Assembly (NCBI RefSeq): GCF_009914755.1
Contig: NC_060930.1
Reading direction: 5' to 3' (one strand)
Source: the human T2T-CHM13v2.0 reference genome, Homo sapiens
DNA length: 64,000 bases
Shown piece after piece: positions 40,521-54,652 of the stretch. Made by a program: the position numbers and the translations under genes. Positions within the stretch are counted from its first letter, which is position 1. Every line of letters starts with the position of its first letter. The notes under the pieces are model-generated. The model saw only the letters and a list, made by a program, of their open reading frames with translations. It had not been told where the DNA came from and did not search any database.

Positions 40521-42933
40521 CACCGTGCATTTGCACGTAGCTGCCCAGCTGCTGTGTGTAGCAGCTCCAGGTGGCAGGAAGCTTGGCCGTGCCCTGCAAT
40601 CTTCTGTCCCTTCTCCCCTCGTCTGTGAAGTGGGGGCAATGGGAGTCCTTTGCGAGCTGAAAGTCTAAGGAGGTAGCTCATGGAAAGTGACTGGCATCGT
40701 GGCTGGCACATCCTAAGCCTCAGGAAGTCTTAGCAATTATACTTGAATGAGGTCATGAATGGGAAGTGTTTGGAGCTGGAAAGTGCTGTCAAAATGTTAT
40801 TGTTTCCTTCAAATTCCATTGAGGTAGGAGACGGGGGCAGACAGTCTCTGTCCTTTCTGCTGTCATTGAATTTGAGTTTGTTCATCTCTGAATAATTTCA
40901 AGTCTAGCACATGCCCTGACCTTCCTTGCCCTTGGTGCAAAAGGGACCAGCCCTTGTTCAGGGCTGAAGGTCCCCAGGGCTTCATGTACAGCAACGGTTT
41001 CTCCTAAGAACAAGCATGGCTTCGTTCTGGGGTTTTCCGAGAAGAGAGAAGAATTCTACACACGGGTTGAGTTATATCTTGGGATTATATTATGCCAAAT
41101 GGCAAAGACCTAACGTAGCAGCTTTCTAACCTCATGTCATGAATTTGCTGAGTTCTGGCTCAGCAAAAGTGCCTATTATGAAGAATTGGACGTGGGTAAT
41201 GGAGTTTGGGGCATGACAGTCCAGGGCTTGCGGTATCTTTTCTTCCTTGTGTTAAAGGTTAAGGATTTTCAAGTAGGGATCGCTGCGTGGTAAAATGAAA
41301 TGCAGCATTCCTGCCTCTGATGCACGCATCTCTCCTGACCGGCATTCTGGGCCCTCAAGTCATTTATCTGCACCCTGGAGAAGAGGGCTAAAGGCCCTGA
41401 GTGCCCACCACCGACAGGTTTCAATTCTCACAGTAATGCAGCACATAGAAGCTGTTATTGTCATCCTGCAGATGGGGAAACAGGCTTTAAAAGGTCAACC
41501 TGAGAACACATGGCTAGTAAGAATTCAAACCGGGTGGCCCTTATCCCCAGGTCACACTGTGTCCTGTTCCCCTCGGGGTGGGCAGTGGCATTGGGTTCCC
41601 AAGCATCTGCCATTTTTATCAAAATGCTATTTTGATGTTTCCTTTTTCTCATCTTAATTTTTTAAAGCCACTATTTTTTCTTTTATCCACATGAAAAGTG
41701 AAGTGTTAAAAAGTGGCCCCCTCTGGCTATTGGCTTATGCCGCCTGTCACAGTCTATTTTAAAGTGGGATTGTCAGCGTCGCTTTTATTTCTCATCAGCT
41801 GTATTAGGTGAAACCACTGGCCCTAAGGCAGCACTTTTGGAAAATGGAAACTATTCTGATTGTTTTTGTAAGGCTTCCAAATATAACATCAGGTGACTTT
41901 TATTAACTTCCTTTAAATAGATTCAGTGTCCAAATTCTACAGAATCTGACAGAGAATAAAGTCGCATTTCTGTAGCACTTTTCTGGCATAGCTGTGTTTG
42001 CACCCGTCCTGAGGGGAGCTGGTGAGGGTGTTATCATTACTGGTAACAAAGCATCCAGGAACTTCATGAGTAGCAACCAAGTTCCAGTCCTTGGGGGCAT
42101 CACGCGGAGATACTCCCTGTGGCCTTGATTGTGGTGGGTGGGGGTGGCCTTTGCAGCCCTGTGAGTCAGGGCTGGGGACCCAGGGATGAGGGGAGGGAGG
42201 GAATTAAGGAAATACCATAGAAACTTAGGCTAAATGAGTCTAAGGAGAGAATGGAATCAGGGCTAACTTCGACTCCGGTTTTCAAAGCTTATGTTGGTGT
42301 GGTTGTCACTGGTAGAGAAATGTGGAAAGTTGGCCTTTCAACACAGGTAATTCCCCTACAAATGCTGAGGACACCGGGGAGGATACAGAGAGAGGTAGGA
42401 GGTTAGTGTGGGAGGCAAATGGGACTTGGGAGGCATTCCCATCAGGGGCTCTGAGATGCGTTCCGAGATGGTCTGTCTTTGTCACGGCTTAAGACGTAGT
42501 TTTCCCTCCTCCACCAGGGCCTAGGATTCATGTTTCAGAATGGAAATTAACTTACAGGTCTATGGTTACTTTATGTCTGAGTTTGTTGCTATGGGAAATA
42601 CATGTGAAAAGAAATAAATCAGAACAGACACCTGTGGTCATTACTTTCTCTCCAAAGGAACTGGATCCACGCATTTTATCCAAACCCTGTTTTTTAGAAC
42701 ATACATTTGAGTATGAGCTTCCTATAGTATCTAATTTTCCTTTTCACGGGTATTCCTGGAGAGGGCCTGGTCCTCAGACGCCGAGGCTGGGAGAGGCAGG
42801 GGTGCCGTTTTAGGGACGGAGGCACCTGTCACTGGTGTGAATATGAATTCCCATGCAGCCTTTCCTGGCTCTGTGATCTTGAGGAAGACAGCAACTTTTT
42901 CTGAGCCTCAGCTTTCTCACTGATAAAACACAG

Positions 42934-43233
42934 GTTTTGGTTTGTTTCTTTGTTTTCTTTTGAGACAGGGTCTCACTCTGTCACCCAGGCTGGAGGGCAG
43001 TGGCACAATCACGACTCACTGCAGCCTCGACCTCCCAGGCTCAAGTGATCCTCCCACCTCAGCCTCCTGAGTAGCTGGGACTGCAGACACAGATCACCAC
43101 ATCTGGCTGATTTTTTTCGTTTTTCATAGTGATGAGGTCTTAGTATGTTGCCCAGGCTGGTCTCAAATTCCTGGGCTTAAGTGATCCTCCTACCTCAGCC
43201 TCCCAAAGTGTGGGTAAGCCACCATGCCTGGCC
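42934..43233 (-). mobile_element. Alu (J-type) inserted in a MIR
   Basis: Reverse Alu with TSD taaaacac. MIR core (ctgtgatcttg..ctgagcctcagctttctca) lies upstream and ttgttatgaggattaaa downstream. Confidence 0.9.
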
Positions 43234-43764
43234 TAAAACACCATTTGAATGCATAATTTTAAAACACAGTTTTAATGCTGTGTTGTTATGAGGATTAAAG
43301 GACAGCATGCAGAGCACCTACAGTGCGTGTAAATGTGATGGCAAGCATCTTGTATTTAATAATTAAAAGTGAGTTTGCAAGTATTCTTGGGAATTAAAGT
43401 ATGCAACCAGTCAGAAATGAATGCCCGTCATAGGCACAGCCTTCGCCTCTGATTCCCCCCTGGTTTTTATACCAAAAGTAAACATATGAAGAATTTTATT
43501 CCAACAGAAGTATAAGTTTCAAGGTCTCCTCCCCCTGCCCCCACACCTGGTCTGCCCTGTCTAGAAAATCAAATACTAAAGGGGCACTTTTAAAATTTTA
43601 TATTTTATTTTCTTTGATCATCTTATTTAAATGTTGTATAATTAAAAAGAGAACCACGAAATTTCCATGACTGCTGAAGACAACATGCGTAAAAATTAAG
43701 TAAAATCAATTCTAAAAAAAAAATGAAAACCCCTACGGGGACATCTGTGACAGGTGGAAATGTG

Positions 43765-43921
43765 TGCCTGGCATGGGCATTATCTGGAAACTTGTTAGAC
43801 AAGAGGACGAAGGAGCTTCGCCCAGACCTGCTGGCCAGGGACCTGCAGCCAAGCACCTGCCACCTGCAGCTTCAGAAGCCCCGGACGGGTCTGACACTGA
43901 CGTTTGAGAATCGCTGCCCTA
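43765..43921. mobile_element. MER5A-like hAT remnant
   Basis: gcattatctggaaacttgttaga..cccagacctgctg..gtttgagaatcgctgccctag. Confidence 0.6.
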
Positions 43922-44289
43922 GTCACATTCTTGCCGGGCGCATTTCTTGCCGTCACTGAGTTTTAGGCAATGCAATCATTGCACAGTTATTAACAGATGA
44001 ATATCAATCATTACCTATTAATAGTTACCAGGAGTCTGAAATTCACTTTTGATAAGAAAGGGAGAACAATTATTAATGTCGGATGCACCTGTAGACACAC
44101 AAGCTCAAGCTGATGTTTAGGTGGGATGGGTGATGTGAATGATTCCACTGAAAAGCCGCAGACCTGCCTGGGACCCCGCTGCCTCCCTGCAGCCCCCCTC
44201 CCCTCCCTTCCTCATTGACCGGGGCTGGGTGCAGGTGTCTTTCCCACACATGGGGCCTGCACTCAGCCGCCTTCACCGCTGACTTCAGC

Positions 44290-44540
44290 GTCTCCTTCAG
44301 CCTCAGCTCTGAAGTCTCCTCCGTGCAGAGGCCTTCTCTGACCCCCCTTTCCAAGGTGGCCTGCCCCACCATCCCCCAAACAATCAGCATTAGCTTGTCT
44401 GCTTGCTTCATGGAGTTCTTCCGAGATTATCTGGGTCATTTGCCCGTTTCCTGATTTCTTCATTACATCTCAAGCTCCAGTTTGGAGACTTTCTCTCAAC
44501 ACAGCACCAGGTTCCAGGCACAGAGCGGGAGCTAAACGGT
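44290..44540 (+). mobile_element. L2 3' fragment
   Basis: cagcctcagctctgaagtctcctcc..agaggccttctctgacc...ggcacagagcgggagctaaa. Confidence 0.5.
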
Positions 44541-45647
44541 GGTTATTTTGTTGTAGGGATCCCATGGATGGGTTTTGGAGATGACTTCTTTATGTCACAG
44601 CTCTGCAGTCTCAGGCTGAATCCATGGTTATTGTTGAAGGGATGTCATGGATTGGTTTTGGGGTGACTTCTTTATGTTACAGCTCTGGAGTCTCAGGCAA
44701 TCCTGCTAACAGCAATTATAGCTGGAGATGTGTGAGACCGTTACTAGCTCTCCCCACTTTGTTGTGAGTGGGTGAGTGTGAGTGCGTGTGTGAGCACTGA
44801 GCCTTCCTCAGTCCAGAGGGTCCCAGGACAGCAACTGAGGGCTGCAGGGGTCTTGGGGTCACCGCTGGGCAGGAGAGGATTAAAGGTAGCAAAGGAGGCC
44901 GAGGGAGTGGCAGTGCCCGAAATGCAGGCTGGGGTGGGGCAGAGCCGGAGAGAGTAAGCAGGAAACCAGACAGCTGGAGGCCAGTTGTTGCCGATTTTGA
45001 ATGTGGCCTGGACCAGCTCAGCTGTTGGAGGCACTGGAAGCTTTCTTTGGACGGTCCACCTGGAGGGACAGGTGACTGGAACGCCGCCATGGAGAGACGC
45101 AGGCTCCCCCCACCTGGGAGGAGTGCGTCACGCGGTGTTTCCACCTGTTTGGAGCATGTCCGACCTGCCGGGAACTCAGAGCTTAGTAACATTCAGAAGA
45201 CTCAGCTCAAACGAACCGACACGCACGGGGAAGACCCGGGGGCCGAGGGTCTTTCCTGACAGTGGCCTTGCCCCTCCCGGTTTTTATCTTTCTTGAACCC
45301 ACTCTTTCCACATGGACACTGTGGCGCCCTCTCACCCCCGCCTCCCTCAATCTCCCCCTCCTTCAAGACTCACGCCAGACTCGTCCAGGCTCCGGCCTCC
45401 GTCACCTTCACAGAGGCTGCCCAGTCGCAGCTGAAGTCAGTGATTCTGAACTGTTTTGAACAGGAGGAGCCATGCTACTTACTTAAGAAAAGTTACCGTT
45501 GCTTGCTTTTTCTCAGTTCAAAAGTAATTCATGCTAGCCATAGAAAATTCAAAAAATACAGGTGGAAGGAAAAAAACTAAATAACCTGCATCCAGGCAGA
45601 GCAGCTGAGGTGGAGTCGCTGCCAGTGTGGACTGAGGAGCCCGTGCC

Positions 45648-45803
45648 TGGCTCAGCCCTGCCCTGCCTCACTCCTTCCTGGCTCCAGTGGGCTCGGCCCT
45701 GCCCTGCCTCACTCCTTCCCGGCTCCAATGGGCTCAGCCCTGCCTTTCCTCACCCCTTCCCAGCTCCACTGGGCTCAGCCCTGCCCTGCCTCACCCCTCC
45801 TGG
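45648..45803. repeat. Degenerate approximately 41-bp pyrimidine-rich repeat, about 4 copies
   Basis: ggctcagccctgccctgcctcactccttcc(t/c)ggctcca.tg recurs. Confidence 0.8.
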
Positions 45804-47259
45804 TCTGAAGCTTAGGAAGGAATGGCTGTCATATCGGAAACTATTCCTTCACAGCAGATGAACGCACAATGTCTGTGTATTGGGTGTTTGCTTCTCAGGC
45901 ATCTGCTGGCCTACAGGCTCTGCTGGGGGTTCCAGACTACAGGGGTGTGGGTCTGACCCCCTGTCTCTCATCTTCCTTGCACTAATCAGCAAACTGGGGA
46001 TGTTCTTCTCATAGCAGCAGCAGAGGCACACGAAAGCCGGGCCTCACACACAAGCAAATTTGGAGCCTCCCCCGCCTCTTGCTCCCCAACCTCCTGCTGG
46101 CCATGCTGAGTTCACAGGCTTGGGCCCAAAGTCCCAGGTAGGGAAGAGCACCCAGCCTCTATGGGAGCACTGCAGAGACCTTGGCAATACGGAGAGAGTG
46201 GCCAGTACTGCAGTCTGTTCTTCCTGGAATAAGGGTGTCATTGTCCTGAGTGGGACAAACTGAAGAAGGGAGGAGGGCAGAGGAGGGCAGAGGAGGGCGA
46301 GGGCCTTGCAGCCGCTCCGTCAGGGATGAGGCTGTGCACAGGCGAGGAAACCAAGCATCTCCAAAAGTTCCAGGCTGTGGTTGCAACAGTAATTGGGACT
46401 TGGCAGAGGCCATCGGAGGTAAACAAACTCTAGTCCCTACACGTCAGAGCAGCACAGCAGCAGGCCAGCAAAAACTGGGGAGCCAGGCCGGCCAATAGTA
46501 ACAAGACTTGGGGTGGGCAAAGGAAATGGAAGCAGGCGATTAAGAAGTTCACCCAGGAAGCTGAGATGAGAGAGAGAACCACAGATGGCCATGCAGGGTT
46601 GCAGGTATTACAGTCGGCTGGACGTGAAGACCACCTGTGAGATAGCTCCTCCTGCGGACTAGACTCACACCAGTGGGAATCTGAGTTCTTCCGACGTGGG
46701 ACCTAAACTGAATTGAGACATTCTGGTGGGTTTATTCACACTTTCTAATGAAAACCTCCTCTTGCCAATAAAGTCAGCACTTCAAGGCCCACAAGTGTTC
46801 TTATAAACAAAACGAAACTTGCATAGATAAAGCCAAACTTGGCAAGAGTTGGGAATGCTCAAGGCCTGTGGTTTAAATCACATTAGTGGTAAGAGGTCTC
46901 TGTTTAATCGAGTGTACACTAATGGAACACCAGGTCCTCTTAAAAAAAAAAAGCATTCATTAAATGCAATTTTCTGAGAAGTGGACTATGTACTTTTGCC
47001 TATCATTGAGTCTGATATACTATTCATTTTTAAGACCTACCGAACAGGCAAAAAATATGTTGCCAATTAAAATGTGAGCAATATTTTCTCATCTCTTAGA
47101 ATTCCTATTTTATGCTTACTAGGAGCACTTTTTCAGGCTTATGTAGACATAGATGTTGTTTATGGAGAGCATCGATGTAGAGTGAGATGCACAGACGGCC
47201 GTGCACGGTGGGAGGAGCTTTGCCCAGTGCTGGTGCTCAGGAAACCCAAGCACCTGTGG

Positions 47260-49425
<2,166 letters not shown>

Positions 49426-49696
49426 TTTAATTATTGAAGTACTTAATCTTAATAAAAATGAGCAACTAAATTTACTTGTCTAAAGACTGATAGTTTTGCT
49501 ATAGCTGAAAACATTTGCATTTAGGGTATAATGCTATTGCAATGTCTAAAAGAATTGTTGGTTATGATTTGTAGTATTTTAAATAGTCCCTTCAGTTTTG
49601 CAAAATGCTTTATCTTTCTTTCTAAATACACTCATATATTCTTCCACTAACTCCTCCCGCCCACCTTGTGAGACAATTAGACAGGTTTGACACTGT

Positions 49697-50282
49697 TGTG
49701 AACCCAAAGTATCTGTGACAAGTCTCAGTCAATTTGGAAAGTTTATTTTGCCAAGGGTATGGATGTACCCATGACATGGCCTCGGGAGGTCCTAACGACG
49801 CGTGCCCAAGGTGGTCGGGGCACAGCTTGGTTTCATGTGTGAGACATCAATCAGTATGTGTAAGAAGTACATTGGTTCAGTCCAGAAAGGCGGGACAACT
49901 TCTTAAGCAGATATGAGACAAATGGTTGCATTCTTTTGAGTCTCTGATGAGCCTTTCACTGAATATACAACGTACATCTGAGAGGAGGATAGAGGAACAG
50001 TCGCTTCCGCCCTAGTCTGGCTCAGTGAAGCAATAGGGTGGAGGAAGCCATCAGATCTGCACCTGTCTCAGGTGAGCTGCTGAGGGATGACTGAGTTCTG
50101 TCTGTCCTTGGTCCATGGGAATTTCCTGCAGGCAAACAGCGAGGGAGGTCTGTAGCTTTTTTACCTTTGTAGCCCTCTTATTCAGGAATAAACTGAGGGG
50201 CAGGTTTGCCGAACACAGTTCCTGGCTTGACTTCCCTTTGGCTTCGTGACTTTGGGGTCCTGAGATTTCCTTTCCTTTCACA
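49697..50282 (-). mobile_element. Solo ERV1 LTR (MER4A-like)
   Basis: The minus strand begins TGTGAAAGGAAA..AATCTCAGGACCCCAAAGTCAC..AGCCAAAGGGAAGTCAAG and ends GGTTCACA. 4-bp TSD ctgt/ccgt. Confidence 0.85.
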
Positions 50283-50284
50283 CC

Positions 50285-50990
50285 GTCTTAGTCTGTTTGG
50301 GCTGCCGTAACAAAATCCCTTCCACTGGGTGGCTTATAAACAACAGAAATTCATTTCTCATAGCTCTGGAGGCTGGAAGTCCAAGATCCAGGCACTGGCA
50401 GATTTGGTGTCGGGGTGAGGGGTGAGGGGTGGGGGTGATTCATGTTCTGGTTCGTAAACGGTGTCCTTTTGTTTCCTCACATGGTGAAAGGAACAAACCA
50501 GATCCCTGGAGCTCCCTCACCCTTTTTTTTGTTTTGTTTTTTTGAGATGGAGTCTCGCTCTGTCACCCAGGCTGGAGTACAGTGGCATGATCTCGGCTCA
50601 CTGTAACCTCTGCCTCACGGGTTCAAGCAATTCTCCTGTCTCGGCCCCCTGAGTAGCTGGGACTACAGGTGCACACCACCACACCCAGCTAATTTTTGTA
50701 TTTTTAGTAGAGACAGGGTTTCACCATATTTGTCAGGCTTGTCTTGAACTCCTGACTTCAGGTGATCCACCCACCTTGGCCTCCCAAAGTGCTGAGACTA
50801 CAGGCGTGAGCCACTGCACCCAGCTGGAGCCCCTTTTCTAAAGGCTCATCTCATTCCCAGCCGGAGCCTCTTTTCTAAAGGCTCATCTCATTCCTGAGGG
50901 CTCCAAGGCCCCACCCCCAAATGCCATCAGCTTTGGAGAAAAGATTTCAACACAGGAATTTTGAGGGGGCACAAACATTTGACCAGTGCA
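50285..50990 (-). mobile_element. MLT1A/MST-type MaLR LTR interrupted by an Alu
   Basis: gtcttagtctgtttgggctgccgtaacaaaat..ctggaggctggaagtccaagatc, resuming after the Alu to gatttcaacac.gaattttgaggggg.cacaaacatt. Confidence 0.8.
50523..50825 (-). mobile_element. Alu (S-type)
   Basis: T-rich tail followed by gagatggagtctcgctctgtcacccaggctgg...gagccactgcacccagc. Confidence 0.95.
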
Positions 50991-51212
50991 GATTCTGTGT
51001 GACAAGTGATTCCCAGCATTTACATTACAGGATTGAAGCGGAGTGGCCAGGTTGGGGCTGAACTGAGACTTAACCGTATTTATTCTCTTCTTGTTTTATT
51101 TTCTCCATTTTGCACTGTGCAACCTGCCATATTTTTGGAATGACTACTACAGACTTAAATACAAACTCTTTGACTTTGAACATTAAATTTGCTTAACATA
51201 GAAGTAAATACT

Positions 51213-51549
<337 letters not shown>

Positions 51550-51976
51550 CTAGACGTGAATTATGTCATTATGATGTTCATTTCTTTAATAGTTAAGACC
51601 CCTTAGGGTAATGTGTGGGCATACTGTCAATACTTGTAATAATTCCTGAAGAACTCTTAAGGTGTTGGCTGACACTAAATAACAATGTTATGCATTTCTT
51701 TAAAAACAAGGTATGTCTGGGGCAGCATAGTGTTCCCAGAGCAGACTGGATGTGGAGAAAAGGGATTCAGAGTTCCTTGACAACAACAGCAATGACATCC
51801 ATTCAACCACGCAGCTGCCAGCAATGGGCTCAACAGCCACAAAACAGATCAGCAGCAGAGCTGTGTGGCACACTCAGGGCCAGGGGAGGCCTCCAGGCCA
51901 GTGCACATATAGCTCAGGGAAACATGGAAAAGCTGGAAGCTGGAACTGGGCAGAGGGAACCTGTGGGTTCTGTCTC

Positions 51977-52875
51977 TGTGGCATTAGTTTAGGGAGAAGC
52001 CAGCCTGGTGGTGGTCAGGTGTGGCATTAGTTTAGGGGGCAGCCGGTCTGGTGGTGGTCAGGTGTGGCATTAGTTTAGGGGGCAGCCGGCCTGGTGGTGG
52101 TCAGGTGTGGCATTAGTTTAGGGGGCAGCCGGCCTGGTGGTGGTCAGGTGTGGCATTAGTTTAGGGGGCAGCCGGCCTGGTGGTGGTCAGGTGTGGCATT
52201 AGTTTAGGGAGCAGCCGGTCTGGTGGTGGTCAGGTGTGGCATTAGTTTAGGGGGCAGCCGGTCTGGTGGTGGTCAGGTGTGGCATTAGTTTAGGGGGCAG
52301 CCGGCCTGGTGTTGGTCAGGTGTGGCATGAGTTTAGGGGGCAGCCGGTCTGGTGGTGGTCAGGTGTGGCATTAGTTTAGGGGGCAGCCGGCCTGGTGGTG
52401 GTCAGGTGTGGCATTAGTTTAGGGAGCAGCCGGTCTGGTGGTGGTCAGGTGTGGCATTAGTTTAGGGGGCAGCCGGTCTGGTGGTGGTCAGGTGTGGCAT
52501 TAGTTTAGGGGGCAGCCGGCCTGGTGTTGGTCAGGTGTGGCATGAGTTTAGGGGGCAGCCCCAGCCTGGTGGTGGTCAGGTGTGGCATTAGTTTAGGGGG
52601 CAGCCGGCCTGGTGTTGGTCAGGTGTGGCATTAGTTTACGGGGCAGCCGGTCTGGTGGTGGTCAGGTGTGGCATGAGTTTAGGGGGCAGCCGGCCTGGTG
52701 GTGGTCAGGTGTGGCATGAGTTTAGGGGGCAGCCGGCCTGGTGTTGGTCAGGTGTGGCATTAGTTTACGGGGCAGCCGGTCTGGTGGTGGTCAGGTGTGG
52801 CATGAGTTTAGGGGGCAGCCGGCCTGGTGGTGGTCAGGTGTGGCATGAGTTTAGGGGGCAGCCGGCCTGGTGGTG
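51977..52875. repeat. VNTR, 43-bp unit, about 21 copies
   Basis: ggcattagtttagggggcagccgg(c/t)ctggtggtggtcaggtgt. Period checked at 52023 and 52066. Confidence 0.97.
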
Positions 52876-53369
52876 TCAGATTGACACTTTCAAGTACTTC
52901 TGGTTTTCAGGAGCTTCGCGGGACCATGTGCCTGCTGGAAGCTGAGCAAGAACTCTCCAAATGTTGATGCAAAGCCCCTAAGCGTGTGAGCTTGCCAAAA
53001 AACTTAAAACCTGCAGCGTGCGATGTCTTGAAATATGGCCAAATATGGAGACTTCATTTTTAGAATGCATGTGATTCGTTCTTGCTTTCTATAAAAATGC
53101 TTTAGGCGTCGTCATACTGAATCAAGTAGACTTCATTTAATGAAATAATTATTTAAGAGTTTTTTTAATGTTCATAAATGTCTGGCAGCTGCTTATTATC
53201 ATCTAAAAACTCCTCTTGGTTGTCAGATTATTTGAACAAACTGTCAGACACATTATAAGTCACAAGCATCTAATGCTAGTTTGGGAAACGAACTCATATT
53301 TTTTTAATAGACCTTCTACCAACTTTACAAAGGTAGCTTTCTACAAATTAAAAAAAAGTTGTTACATGG

Positions 53370-53553
53370 TTATAAAACTTAAAATTTATAGAAGTAAATT
53401 GGAATGGGAATCATGTTTCTATAAAACTTAAAGTTTATAGAAGTGAAATTGAAATCATATTTCTATAAAAGTTAGAATTTATAGAAGTAAATTGGAATTG
53501 AAATCATGTTTCTATAAAACAACACTTATAGAAGTAAATTGGAATGGGAATCA
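53370..53553. repeat. AT-rich repeat, 44-49-bp unit, about 4 copies, internally palindromic
   Basis: ttctataaaa(cttaaa/gttaga).tttatagaagtaaattggaat recurs. Confidence 0.85.
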
Positions 53554-54652
53554 CATTGCTAGCCTAATATTTAATGAGACAATATGGAGGAAGGCTGTCT
53601 CCAATGTGCTAATTACTTTTCGGGAGTGTGTTCAGGAAGGGGCACAGGCCTGCAGGCCAGGGATCTGAGCCACAGACAGCAGAAAGCTGTCAGAGAAGGG
53701 AGCACACAGGCAATGCTCGTGGAACTAGAAAAGCACAAACCACCAAATAGAACTACCTATGAAAGACAGCACCATGCAATCATAGTTATACTACAGAATT
53801 ATTACAACATTTATACTACAGAATTAGTACATTTCCTTATGGGTTCTGAGTACCAGCAGGGTGTCACTGACTCTGGCAAGAGCAGAAACCTTCAGATTGA
53901 GGCAAAGCCAAAGGTTTGAGTGAGAATGAACTTAATACACTAAATGGAAGGCTATTCTTTGGTTAAAAATGTTGTAATGTGGGAGAATAATAAATTATAC
54001 ATATTCTATATTGTTAATATAATATATAATTAATATAATACTATAAGTAATATAATACATATTATATATGTATGCATGTGTGTATTAAAAGTCAGCCTCT
54101 TGAATGCCTTCATATCGGAATTGCTTCTATTTGCGTCTTTTTCAGATTATTTTTTCTTTATACATTAACTCCTCAAAATTTATTATATGAGAAAATGATG
54201 TAGTTAAGGGCCTTCTGAATAGGAAAGAAAAGTGACATATTTTCATCTAATATATTAAAATGGAATATTGCAATAGGGATTTTGTAATCATTCATTATTA
54301 CTTTTTTTCTGAATTATTTCCAGAATTTCTAGCTTTATTTTTCTCTATCAATGGTCATTTTTGGAAGCGTAGCCTACTCCATCTGGAATCAAACATAACT
54401 TATAGTAATATGATTAGTTTAAAACTTGAACTTTGGTTCCTTGTCCCCACTTAACAGAACCAAGTGTCTCTGTCTTGACATTTCCACCTTGGTGTCCTGT
54501 GTCTACCGGTCCCTGTGTGGTCCTGCCGGTGACTCCACCATGATCCTTGGAGCAGCCTCTCCTTCCCTATTTCCCTAGTTCTCTACCCTTGCCATCCTGC
54601 TTCTCTCAATCTTCAGTTTCACTCAGTTCTCTTTTTCCTGCGCCCTTCATGC

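Noticed and set aside
51977-52875. Chi-like (c/t)CTGGTGG in each unit
   Set aside because: It is one mismatch from E. coli Chi, and RecBCD has no role in a human locus.
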